A stretch of DNA of 54,082 nt from Clostridiales bacterium. GTDB taxonomy: Bacteria; Bacillota; Clostridia; Peptostreptococcales; Acidaminobacteraceae. A program made the position numbers and the translations under genes. Location of the stretch: the NCBI GenBank assembly GCA_030445805.1, contig JASUTA010000001.1, positions 1-54,082 on the forward strand, in the 5' to 3' direction. The notes beneath the pieces are model-generated. The model saw nothing but the letters and a program-made list of their open reading frames with translations. It was not told the origin of the DNA and did not search any database. Of the stretch, positions 41,467 through 50,367 are shown one piece after another (the first letter of the stretch is position 1; each line of letters starts with the position of its first letter).

Positions 41467-41999
41467 TTTTGACCGCTCAAGATGCGGATGATGGTATCGA
41501 GATCATCACTCGTGCTCAACCGGAATGTCCCGGCGCGCAACTTGCTGTCGTATCCCAGTTCTGTCAGGCGGCGAATAAACGCGTTGACGTCATCGATATA
41601 GCCCTCGGCTTTGAGGTCTTCACCGATGCTGTACCCGGTAGCACCTGCGTCAACGACGAAGTCCTGAAGGACAAGTGTTCCCGTAGTGGCTTGGGTGGTG
41701 GATTCCGTAGGGGGAGCAGTGGTTGCTTCTGCTTCTGATGTCGTCTCGGAATCGCCGGTGGCATCCGTCGGATCCTGCCCGTCGCCGGTTGCCGTAAACG
41801 GTTCCGTAGTGGGTTCTGTGGTGACGACGACTTCTTCGGTCTGGGTTTCGCCGCTGCTGAGGTCTACGCTGAGCGTCGACGAAATTTTCCACGACACGGC
41901 ATAGAAAATCAGAGCAATAATAACCAAGGATAACACGATATCGCTTATATCATAAAAAAAATCTTTTAGTTTTTCAAACATTGATTCCTCCGGCAACAA
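41460..41999 (-). CDS. Membrane-anchored protein with a T/E-rich linker and a YceG/MltG-type N-terminal (LysM-like) domain only
   Basis: 179 aa with an N-terminal TM (IVLSLVIIALIFYAVSW), a low-complexity TTEPTTEP...linker, then VVDAGATGYSIGEDLKAEGYIDDVNAFI...KLRAGTFRLSTSDDLDTIIRIL. This resembles the MltG N-terminal module. No catalytic domain follows. Confidence 0.5.
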   Translation of the reverse strand: MLPEESMFEKLKDFFYDISDIVLSLVIIALIFYAVSWKISSTLSVDLSSGETQTEEVVVTTEPTTEPFTATGDGQDPTDATGDSETTSEAEATTAPPTESTTQATTGTLVLQDFVVDAGATGYSIGEDLKAEGYIDDVNAFIRRLTELGYDSKLRAGTFRLSTSDDLDTIIRILSGQKR

Positions 42000-42020
42000 C
42001 AGTAAAAATTAAAAACAAAA

Positions 42021-42068
42021 AATCTCACAAAATAAGAATATCACAAATTAAGGGAATCTCAAAGCATT
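42021..42068. repeat. 16-bp tandem repeat, about 2.7 units, in a divergent promoter region
   Basis: aatctcacaaaataag / aatatcacaaattaag / ggaatctcaaagcatt. Confidence 0.7.
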
Positions 42069-42073
42069 GTTCC

Positions 42074-42102
42074 TTTCAAACAGATTATTTTCATGTTACA
42101 AT
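42074..42102 (+). promoter_or_regulatory. Candidate extended -10 promoter for the GNAT gene
   Basis: TGTTACAAT (TG at 42094..42095, TACAAT at 42097..42102) with a weak -35 TTTCAA 17 nt upstream. Confidence 0.4.
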
Positions 42103-42120
42103 TTTTTTGTGAGGTGCAAA

Positions 42121-42984
42121 ATGTTATATTCATTACAGCAGAAACATTTACCGGAAATCAAATACTATATGGCACAACATTTTTTTGAGACCGTCTATTT
42201 GAGAAAACCCGCCGAGTGGCTTTCCGAAGGCGATGTGCCCGGGACTTTTTATGGCTTTTTCGATGAAGGGCAATTGCTCGGCCTGTTCTATTTCAGCAAT
42301 AAAAATTCGCTTTTGTTTCATTACAGCGATGATCGCGTGCTTCGGAATATGGATCTCTTGCGTGCGGTGAGGCATTACAAACCCCAGTTTATCAAAGGGG
42401 AAAAGCATGTGACTGACGGACTTTACCGGATTCTATGCCGCAGTTTTTCAGACATTCGTGAAGCGGATGTTTCTTTGATGGTTTACGAAGGGGAACATGC
42501 GGGAAACGTGATCCCGGAGAACACCGCTGTCGAAACCATGTTGTCTCAAGCGGGATTTGAGCTGTTGGGACTCGGAAGCGGTGCAGGTATTTTGTCAGGG
42601 CATTCCCCACAATTTTTCTTAGATGTGGAGACCGCATTCGGCAGGCAACGCCAATCGGTCAATGATATTTTGAAACGCAACCAACAGCTCCTGGAAGAGG
42701 GCAGTTACTTGATCGTACTGAAAGACGGCAGTCCGGTTGCGCAGGGACTGATTGAAGAAGAAACCGCCGAAACAGCCATTGTGGGCGGTATTTACACGGT
42801 GAAAAGCTATCGCAGGCAAGGGCTGGGTGCCCATGTGTCGGAAGCGCTCACGAAGACGGCGCTGGACAGAGGCAAGACGCCGATGCTGTTTGTGGAAAAG
42901 CGCAATGTAGAAGCACGGTCCGTCTATGAAAAACTGGGCTATGTGTGCCGGGCGGATTATTGCGTGATGACCGTGGCCTATTGA
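42121..42984 (+). CDS. GNAT-family N-acetyltransferase (C-terminal GNAT fold, N-terminal domain unassigned)
   Basis: The C-terminus has motif A, YRRQGLGAHVSEAL...ARSVYEKLGY. ATG at 42121 follows GAGGTG. Confidence 0.75.
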   Translation: MLYSLQQKHLPEIKYYMAQHFFETVYLRKPAEWLSEGDVPGTFYGFFDEGQLLGLFYFSNKNSLLFHYSDDRVLRNMDLLRAVRHYKPQFIKGEKHVTDGLYRILCRSFSDIREADVSLMVYEGEHAGNVIPENTAVETMLSQAGFELLGLGSGAGILSGHSPQFFLDVETAFGRQRQSVNDILKRNQQLLEEGSYLIVLKDGSPVAQGLIEEETAETAIVGGIYTVKSYRRQGLGAHVSEALTKTALDRGKTPMLFVEKRNVEARSVYEKLGYVCRADYCVMTVAY

Positions 42985-43027
42985 TTGTAAAATTCGGATT
43001 CATTTGAATCGTCAAAAAGGAGCTTTC

Positions 43028-43936
43028 ATGAGACAGCTTGAAATAACGGAAAACGAAGCGGAACAACGGATTGACCGCTTTCTACTCAAATATTTTAACA
43101 ACACGACACGTGGCAATCTCTATAAACTGATTCGTAAAAAAGTCTTTAAAGTAAACGGCGTCCGAGTCAAAGAAGACTATTTTTTAAAGCGCGGCGATCA
43201 GCTGGAGATCTTTCTCAGTGATGAGAGCATAGAGGCGATGATTAAGCCGGTAAGGACCGTTGTCCCCGATGCACTCGGACTCGACATCGTCTATGAAGAC
43301 GATGCGCTCTTGGTCGTCAACAAGCCGAAAGGACTGTTGACACATCCTGACAAAACCGAATACAAAAACACGCTTGCCACACGCGTTCAATTTTATTTAA
43401 AAAATTTGTGCACCAGTACCTTCAAGCCGTCCCCGGTGCATCGTCTGGACAAAAACACCAGCGGCATTGTCTTGTTTGCAAAGACTTATGAGGCGCTGAA
43501 GCATTACAATGAGCTGATGCGTAGTCGAGAAGTTGAGAAATATTATCAATGTGTGGTTCACGGTGTCGTGAAAAAGCCGGGTGAGGTGGTGGGCTATCTA
43601 ATCAAAGATGAGGCGGCCAACAAAGTGAAGTTGATTCGCCATGCGGAAGACAGTTCGAAATATTGCCACACACTGTATCGCCCGATACGCGTTTTCGGTG
43701 GGTTTACGCTTATGGAAATCAAACTGATCACAGGGCGCAGTCACCAGATTCGTGCGAGCATGCAGTGGATTGATCACCCGATTGTGGGGGATCTTAAATA
43801 TGGCGGCAGGCGCGTCGGGTCTATCAACAGTCAGCTTTTGCACAGCGGGAAGCTGATCATTGAGGGAAAGACTTTTGAAGCGCCTTCGAAAGAGATCGAA
43901 GCATTTATGGCGGAAAATGGGAGCAAAACATCATGA
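43028..43936 (+). CDS. RluA-family pseudouridine synthase (RluC/RluD-like with an S4-like N-terminus)
   Basis: HRLDKNTSGIVLFAK catalytic Asp motif and GRSHQIRASM. ATG at 43028 follows AAGGAG. Confidence 0.88.
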   Translation: MRQLEITENEAEQRIDRFLLKYFNNTTRGNLYKLIRKKVFKVNGVRVKEDYFLKRGDQLEIFLSDESIEAMIKPVRTVVPDALGLDIVYEDDALLVVNKPKGLLTHPDKTEYKNTLATRVQFYLKNLCTSTFKPSPVHRLDKNTSGIVLFAKTYEALKHYNELMRSREVEKYYQCVVHGVVKKPGEVVGYLIKDEAANKVKLIRHAEDSSKYCHTLYRPIRVFGGFTLMEIKLITGRSHQIRASMQWIDHPIVGDLKYGGRRVGSINSQLLHSGKLIIEGKTFEAPSKEIEAFMAENGSKTS

Positions 43937-44694
43937 GAGACGTTTTTCAAAAACTGATTGAACGCTATGATTACGGCGGTGCCATGGAAGTACTTCGCAC
44001 CAACGGCATGGATCAAACCGATGCGGGCATTGTAACGGATGCATGCCGCTGTGCCGTCAATTTTGACTTTGAAAGCGCATGGGCAATTTTGAAGCAACTT
44101 CCACCGTCCGATGAGGCTTTTCAATTGATGTTCCCGCGACTGGAGGCACTAAAAAAGGGCGTTCCGGAAGAAATGATGCTGGAACTGCTGGAAAATATCA
44201 TGTTCCAAATTGTCAACGAAGAGTACATTGATTTTCTGGGGCGTGTCTATCGCTTTAAAGAAGCGGTTTACAAGTATATGTTTATCAAGACGCAGGGGCA
44301 TGAAAAGCAACATGTCCGCTATATGGAAAAAAACGAAATTATGAAGACGCTCAGAAAGCATTATCATATTTATAATGCCAACTTAATTCGCGCGTTGAAT
44401 GTCTATTTTGATAAATTTCACGGAAATGACCAGCGGTTTGAGCAAATTATCAGCCGAATGAATTCCCGTGAAATGGATCGATTGATTCAGCTCAGACATG
44501 AATCCCCCATCGGACACGGATTCCGTGGCGTGGGATTGCCGGATATTTTAAGGGCTTATGGTGACCCGTATGCGGTTTTGGAAGATTTCAAGGCGTGCAT
44601 GCGTATTTTGGGGACGCGGGATGAACCCTATAAGTATTCGAAAATCAACTGCATTATTCTCAATCTTTTTGACAGAGATCAACCACACCAATAA
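43933..44694 (+). CDS. Hypothetical all-helical protein with a HEPN-like Rx6H signature (Csm6/Csx1/Cas02710-type, no CARF)
   Basis: 253 aa. LIQLRHESPIGHGFRGV (R188..H195, nt 44494..44517) and the upstream EEYIDFLGRVYRFKEAVYKYMF helix. Its ATG overlaps the stop of the RluA-family gene. Confidence 0.45.
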   Translation: MRDVFQKLIERYDYGGAMEVLRTNGMDQTDAGIVTDACRCAVNFDFESAWAILKQLPPSDEAFQLMFPRLEALKKGVPEEMMLELLENIMFQIVNEEYIDFLGRVYRFKEAVYKYMFIKTQGHEKQHVRYMEKNEIMKTLRKHYHIYNANLIRALNVYFDKFHGNDQRFEQIISRMNSREMDRLIQLRHESPIGHGFRGVGLPDILRAYGDPYAVLEDFKACMRILGTRDEPYKYSKINCIILNLFDRDQPHQ

Positions 44695-44723
44695 AAGGCC
44701 GAACAGACCGTTTAGGAGGAATC

Positions 44724-46373
44724 ATGATAGAATTGACTGTAAAGGGATACGGCGTATTTTCAGTAGAGGAAGGCAGTGATTATGAGGCCCTTGCTTCACG
44801 CATTCAGCCAAAGGACGATGCGCCCATTGTAGCGGTAAAATGCGGCAATATTTTAAAAGAGCTGAATCAGCCGATTGAGCGGCCGTGTGAGGTCGAAATG
44901 ATCGATTTGCGCCATCCCGACGGCATTCGCATTTATCAAAGGGGTTTGTCCTTTATTATGATTCACTCTGCCATGAAGCGATTTCCCGGTATTAAAGTTT
45001 ATGTCGAAAATTCGTTGAGCAAAGGGCTCTATTGTGAATTCACCTGTGAAAAACGCCTGAATCACAATGACTATGCGGCGATTGCCGACGAGATGCGTGC
45101 ACTGGTGGCACGCGATGTGCCCTTCCAAAAGTGTGTCATGACCCGTGAGGAAGCGGCGCGCATGTTTGAAGCACAGAATATGACGTCAAAGCTTGAATTG
45201 CTTAAATATAGAAACGAAGAGACGGTCAATCTCTATGAATGTGACGGCGTCTACGACTATTTTTATGGGTACATGGTGCCGAGTACACGGTATATTCAAT
45301 ATTTTGATTTGCTGAAATACGGTGACGGCATTGTCTTGCGCCATCCGACCGCGGATTCTCCAAGCGGATTGCCGGAATTCATCGAATCGCCGAAACTCTT
45401 TGATGTTTTTAAAGAGGCGGATGAGTGGGCCAGACTGATGGATGTCGGATTCGTCAGTAACCTGAACAGCCACGTAGAAGACGGTTCTTATCGGGAATTG
45501 GTGCAAATGGCGGAGGCGCTTCACGAGAAAAAAATTGCTTATATTGCGGATCGCATTACGGCGAAGAAGAAGCGCGTTATTTTGATTGCCGGGCCGTCTT
45601 CATCGGGGAAGACGACGTTTGCCAATCGCCTGCGCACACAGCTCAAAGTCAATGGATTACAGCCGATTACACTCTCTACGGACAATTATTTTGTGGATCG
45701 CCACCTGACCCCGAGAGATGAAAACGGCGACTATGATTTTGAATCGCTTGCAGCAGTAGATGTGGATTTATTCAATAAAAACCTGAACGACTTGCTTGAC
45801 GGAAACCCTGTGGATTTACCGGTGTTCGATTTTCAAACGGGCAAGCGCACCTATCGCAATCGACCGGTGCAAATTTCCGAAAATCAGCCGATTATCATCG
45901 AGGGCATTCACGGATTGAACGATTTGCTGACCAAGGATATTTTTAAAAGGGATAAATTTAAAATTTACGTCAGCGCATTGACACAGCTCAATATCGATGC
46001 GCACAATCGCATTCCGACGACGCATTCGCGCCTACTTAGACGCATTGTCAGAGACAATCAGTTCAGGGGGCATTCGGCAAAACGCACCATTGGCATGTGG
46101 GGATCGGTTCGCCGCGGCGAGGAACGCAATATCTTTCCCTTCCAAGAAGAGGCGGATGATGTGTTTAATTCCGCTTTGCTCTATGAGCTGTCTGTTTTGA
46201 AGAAACATGCACTGCCGCTTTTAGAGGCCATAACCCCGGATGAACCCGAATATGGCGAAGCGGTATTGCTGATTAAGTTTTTGGGATATTTCAGATCCAT
46301 TGAAGAGGATGATGTTGTCCCGAGTGTTTCGATATTGAAAGAGTTTATCGGCGGAAGCGGATTTGACCTTTAA
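44724..46373 (+). CDS. Long nucleoside/uridine kinase with ThrRS-like TGS and second-additional (SAD) N-terminal domains
   Basis: 549 aa. P-loop VILIAGPSSSGKTTFANRL and the IIIEGIHGLN uridine-kinase core. The N-terminal 250 aa resemble the ThrRS N-terminus. AGGAGG lies upstream. Confidence 0.8.
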   Translation: MIELTVKGYGVFSVEEGSDYEALASRIQPKDDAPIVAVKCGNILKELNQPIERPCEVEMIDLRHPDGIRIYQRGLSFIMIHSAMKRFPGIKVYVENSLSKGLYCEFTCEKRLNHNDYAAIADEMRALVARDVPFQKCVMTREEAARMFEAQNMTSKLELLKYRNEETVNLYECDGVYDYFYGYMVPSTRYIQYFDLLKYGDGIVLRHPTADSPSGLPEFIESPKLFDVFKEADEWARLMDVGFVSNLNSHVEDGSYRELVQMAEALHEKKIAYIADRITAKKKRVILIAGPSSSGKTTFANRLRTQLKVNGLQPITLSTDNYFVDRHLTPRDENGDYDFESLAAVDVDLFNKNLNDLLDGNPVDLPVFDFQTGKRTYRNRPVQISENQPIIIEGIHGLNDLLTKDIFKRDKFKIYVSALTQLNIDAHNRIPTTHSRLLRRIVRDNQFRGHSAKRTIGMWGSVRRGEERNIFPFQEEADDVFNSALLYELSVLKKHALPLLEAITPDEPEYGEAVLLIKFLGYFRSIEEDDVVPSVSILKEFIGGSGFDL

Positions 46374-46413
46374 TCGCGGAATTCGGTGTTAGGTTTTGAT
46401 TCGGAGGTTATCT

Positions 46414-47991
46414 ATGAAGCAATTCGGTTTGAAAATAAAGCCTTATAGATTGACTTTGGTCGTTTTGTTGGCGTGGGTATTGGTCAATCATTTCATTATT
46501 TTTGGCTATCTGAGTGACAGGATGATGATGGGGTACCTCTTTGTGTCGATTATTGCCAACATGGCGGTACTCTCCTTTTTAGCAAATGCGGCCTATTACA
46601 ATTTCCACGCGGTGAAATCTTCTCGATATGCGCCGATTGCATTTTTTGCGATTGCCATGATTTTAAACGATCTGGCGGGAGCGCTGATTCTATTTGTGGA
46701 TTATGCACGATACGATTGGCTCGTCGATTTTTTTATGAGTTTCGGAAAAATGCTTTTTATTTTCGGTTGCCTTCCGTTTGCATTTTATAGTCGACTTGAT
46801 CGATTTTTCAAGCAACTCAGGTGGTTTTTACCCGTAAGTTTACTGCTCTTTGTTTTGCAGGTTTTCCTGAGTGTTTTGTTTTTTCCTGTGATTTCGGGGG
46901 TGACATTTGCCGTTAATGTTATCACGGATGTACTCACTCTCGTCTATGTGTTGGAACTTTCCGGAGAGGAACGCGGCCCCGGCGTCAATGGGTTGTATTT
47001 CGGATTTGTTTTACTTCTCGGTGCTCAGCTCTTTTATACGCTGGCACCACACTCGGCTGCGACAAATATACAGTATCAAATTATTCAATTCGCAGGAATC
47101 GGCTATTTTTTCTACGATTTGAATCAGAGCAATTTTGTCATTCCGGATCAGATGCAGGAGCGTTTGCAGAAGCAGTTTAATCTCTATGCCCGCCATCTTA
47201 AAAAGGTCATCGACAAGAAGAGCATTGAAGTGGAAGAGGGCAACGAAAAATTTATCGATGAACTGGAATACGCACGGAAAATCCAGCAGTCACTGCTCCC
47301 GAACAAACGGGTCAACTACCGAGATGTCAGCTTTGCATCCGAGTATTTTCCCTGTGAACGCCTCAGTGGTGATTTTTACGATCTCTATAAGTTGGACGAT
47401 GATAATGTGTGCCTCTATTTGCTCGATGTTTCCGGACACGGCATCTCTGCCGCATTGATGACGATGTTCAGCAGCAATTATTTGAAGTCCAATGATCCCA
47501 ATATTTTGAGATTCCGCGGGATTCGTCCCGATCGAAACCTGACGTATTTTTACGAACAATTCAATCTAATGAATTTCCCGGATGAAATGCATATCGTCGT
47601 CTTTTATGCCACCCTGAATCTTTCCACGAAGGTGCTTACGTATTGCTCGGGCGGGCTGAATTGCAGTCCGATTCTGTTTACCCAGGCGGGGACGTATACG
47701 TTCTTAGACAAGAGCCAAGGCTTTCCGATTTGTAAATTGAGCGGATTTTATACTCCGGAATTCCAAAGCGAGAAAATCATTCTTTCTTCCGGTGATAAGG
47801 TTATTTTCTTTACGGATGGGTTGATTGATTATGAAAAAAACCGCGTTTTCGATTTGGATGGACTGATTGAATTCTTAATTGAAAATCGTTATTTGAGTGC
47901 CCGCGAGATCAATGAAAAGATGGCAGAGCGGATTGAAAGCGCCAAAGATCGTCTGAACGACGACATTACATACATTGTGATGGCCCTATAA
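46414..47991 (+). CDS. Polytopic membrane PP2C (SpoIIE/RsbU-type) serine phosphatase
   Basis: About 7-8 N-terminal TM helices, a coiled linker, then GDFYD...LLDVSGHGISAA...FFTDGL. ATG at 46414 follows GGAGG. Confidence 0.82.
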   Translation: MKQFGLKIKPYRLTLVVLLAWVLVNHFIIFGYLSDRMMMGYLFVSIIANMAVLSFLANAAYYNFHAVKSSRYAPIAFFAIAMILNDLAGALILFVDYARYDWLVDFFMSFGKMLFIFGCLPFAFYSRLDRFFKQLRWFLPVSLLLFVLQVFLSVLFFPVISGVTFAVNVITDVLTLVYVLELSGEERGPGVNGLYFGFVLLLGAQLFYTLAPHSAATNIQYQIIQFAGIGYFFYDLNQSNFVIPDQMQERLQKQFNLYARHLKKVIDKKSIEVEEGNEKFIDELEYARKIQQSLLPNKRVNYRDVSFASEYFPCERLSGDFYDLYKLDDDNVCLYLLDVSGHGISAALMTMFSSNYLKSNDPNILRFRGIRPDRNLTYFYEQFNLMNFPDEMHIVVFYATLNLSTKVLTYCSGGLNCSPILFTQAGTYTFLDKSQGFPICKLSGFYTPEFQSEKIILSSGDKVIFFTDGLIDYEKNRVFDLDGLIEFLIENRYLSAREINEKMAERIESAKDRLNDDITYIVMAL

Positions 47992-48000
47992 GGGGGTCTA

Positions 48001-48029
48001 TTGACGGGGGACATTGAAACAATTATAAT
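48001..48029 (+). promoter_or_regulatory. Sigma-A-type promoter for the ArsR-like/SBP/queG string
   Basis: TTGACG (48001..48006), 17-nt spacer, TATAAT (48024..48029). Confidence 0.6.
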
Positions 48030-48069
48030 GGGAATGATTGAATAGAAAGGGAGCCAAGGTAGGAATCAT

Positions 48070-48630
48070 ATGAAGGAAGTTCTTGTTTTAAAGGATTTAG
48101 AACAGATAAAAGCGGTCTCTCAGCAATACCGATTGGATATTTTAGACGCCTTTAACAACCAGCCGAAGACGGCGAAACAGATTGCAGAAACACTGGGGGA
48201 ACCCCATGGGCGCGTCAATTATCACATTAAAATTTTGGAAAAAGTCGGCATTGTGGAGTTGATTGAAGAGATCGTCAAATTTGGTGTTGTTGAAAAATAC
48301 TATTGCCCGGTTGCGTACAAACTCGTGATTGACAGCACGGCTGTGACACTGGATGATGAAATGTCTCAAACGATCAATAAAGTGGCCATCGCCTTTTTTG
48401 AGGCCATTGCAAAAGATTTCTACCTTTCAGTAGAAGAATTGCCGACAGGACCTTCAAAGAAAATTTCCTATTCGGCAGACTACTACTTGACGGAAGCGGA
48501 AGCAAAGGCGCTTTATGACAGCCTTGCAAAAGTAAGAGATGAGTTTCTGGCAGACAAAGGCGATCCGAGAGAGGGCGCCCTTCGCTATACCATTGCAAAC
48601 ATGGTAATTCCGATGCCGTCAAAGGAGTAA
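48070..48630 (+). CDS. ArsR-like winged-helix transcriptional regulator with a C-terminal extension
   Basis: 186 aa. N-terminal RLDILDAF...PKTAKQIAETLGEPHGRVNYHIKILEKVGIV wHTH. Confidence 0.7.
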   Translation: MKEVLVLKDLEQIKAVSQQYRLDILDAFNNQPKTAKQIAETLGEPHGRVNYHIKILEKVGIVELIEEIVKFGVVEKYYCPVAYKLVIDSTAVTLDDEMSQTINKVAIAFFEAIAKDFYLSVEELPTGPSKKISYSADYYLTEAEAKALYDSLAKVRDEFLADKGDPREGALRYTIANMVIPMPSKE

Positions 48631-48657
48631 TTGAGCGGATAAATGTTGAGGTGTACC

Positions 48658-50367
48658 GTGAAACGGGTAATGCTTTTTTTGGGAATTTTTTTATGGGTCA
48701 TCGGTCTGACGGCGTGTACGGTTCAAGAGACGCCGCCCACCGAAACGATCGAGACAACGGCTGAGGCGACGACTTCCGAGACGGAAACGCAGCCGAATGC
48801 GGCGCTGATGCGCGATAATATTTTGATTGCGGCAACGGATGTAATGGGTGATTCAATTCATCCATTTTTTTCTAATGCGGGGGCATCGCTTTGGGCGGAA
48901 GAAATGATTTTTGAAGGCCTGCTTGAAAGCGATGCAGACGGGCGATTGAAGCCGATGCTTGCGGAGACCTATCGAATCAGTGAAGACGGACTGACGTATA
49001 CTTTTTATTTAAATCCGGAGATTCGCTTTCAGGACGGAACGCCTCTGACGGCTCAAGACGTGGTGTTTACATATACCGCACTGGCCGATCCGAATTATGA
49101 GGGGTCGCTGCGCGCGTTTGCCGATGCGCTCTCAGGGGTGACGGCTTATCGCAGCGGCGAAACCGAAACGCTTTCCGGCGTGACTGCCGTCAACGAATGG
49201 ACGGTTCAATTCGTATTTGATACGGCGGATATCACACGACTGGACGGATTTGTGCTCGGTATTTTGCCGGCGCATGTCTATGCCTACAAAAATTGGACAA
49301 ATTTTGAGGCCGGAGGGATTTCTCCCGTGGGAACGGGTCCGATGGTTTTTGAGTCCCAAGATGAAGACCATATCTATTTGAAGGCAAATGCCGATTATCA
49401 CGGCGGATCGGTTCAAATTGCAGGCGTTACACTGTCGCGTATGAAGGCAGATGCGGCGCTCGCGGAATATTCGCAAGGCACAGTAGATGTGGCTTGCGTC
49501 TCGGGTGACGAGGCAACTGCTTTGGCACGACCCGTCTATGCGTTTGGAGAATTGTACACGATTCCCGGGAAATCCGTTGTGGGAATCGGATTTAATTTTG
49601 CCAATCCTATTTTTCAAGATGAAAAGACGCGACGAGCGCTTTCTTATGCCATTGACGATAAAGCATTTGCGCGGGCGCAGTGGGGAAACGAATCTGCCGC
49701 GACGAGCGTGTTGATCGGGAGTGACCACTGGGCTTACACCGCTGAAAGCGCCGCTTTGGCGCCGGTGTTCAGCATGGAAGAGGCTCAGGTTCTCCTGGAT
49801 GAAGCGGGATGGACGGAAGTTGATGAAAACGGGATTCGCGGTCGGGACGGGTTGCCTCTGGAAATTAAGCTCTACACATTTTCCGATGTGGGTTGGGCGT
49901 ATAATTTGGGGCGTTACGCTGTCGACCAATGGCGTCAACTCGGTGCGGACGCATCGCTTGTCATTGTGGACTATGAAACCTTGCTTCAAACTGTTTTTAC
50001 GGATCGAAGCGCAGACGCGTGGTGCATCGGACTGGAAGGCAGTGTTTTGCTGAATCCGGGGTCTTTCTTTAAAACCGAAGGGATTTATAATGCAGGCGGG
50101 TACAGCAATCCGGACATGGACGATGCCCTCGGAAGCCTTGCAGGCACGTATGATACGGACGGCGTGAATGAATCGGCGTTTATTGAAGCGACAACCGACT
50201 GGATTTCAATCATTTTGTCGGATTTGCCGTATGATTTTATTGCAAGACCTCTGTCTCAGTGTTTCGTCAACGAGAGGGTTCAAAATTTCAGCGGCAGTGC
50301 TTATCGCGACTGGCCGCTCAATATAAAAGATATGACAATCGATTATTTAAGCGAGGATGGGGAATGA
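48658..50367 (+). CDS. Family-5 (peptide/nickel type) ABC substrate-binding lipoprotein, orphan
   Basis: Lipobox LTAC after MKRVMLFLGIFLWVIG when translation starts at the GTG at 48658 (GAGGTG upstream); the track start is 48643. The mature part has SBP_bac_5-like blocks. No permease or ATPase genes are adjacent. Confidence 0.8.
   Translation: MKRVMLFLGIFLWVIGLTACTVQETPPTETIETTAEATTSETETQPNAALMRDNILIAATDVMGDSIHPFFSNAGASLWAEEMIFEGLLESDADGRLKPMLAETYRISEDGLTYTFYLNPEIRFQDGTPLTAQDVVFTYTALADPNYEGSLRAFADALSGVTAYRSGETETLSGVTAVNEWTVQFVFDTADITRLDGFVLGILPAHVYAYKNWTNFEAGGISPVGTGPMVFESQDEDHIYLKANADYHGGSVQIAGVTLSRMKADAALAEYSQGTVDVACVSGDEATALARPVYAFGELYTIPGKSVVGIGFNFANPIFQDEKTRRALSYAIDDKAFARAQWGNESAATSVLIGSDHWAYTAESAALAPVFSMEEAQVLLDEAGWTEVDENGIRGRDGLPLEIKLYTFSDVGWAYNLGRYAVDQWRQLGADASLVIVDYETLLQTVFTDRSADAWCIGLEGSVLLNPGSFFKTEGIYNAGGYSNPDMDDALGSLAGTYDTDGVNESAFIEATTDWISIILSDLPYDFIARPLSQCFVNERVQNFSGSAYRDWPLNIKDMTIDYLSEDGE

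Noticed and set aside
41433-41738. 101-aa plus-strand ORF starting in the 16-bp repeat
   Set aside because: It is antisense to the MltG-like gene, has no RBS, and starts inside the repeat array.
9058-50363. N-terminal extensions proposed by the ORF track (9058, 15037, 26410, 27210, 30971, 32855, 39157 minus, 42067, 43004, 46396, 50259)
   Set aside because: In each case an internal ATG or GTG has a properly spaced AGGAG-like RBS and matches the conserved family N-terminus. The extensions overlap upstream genes or terminators.
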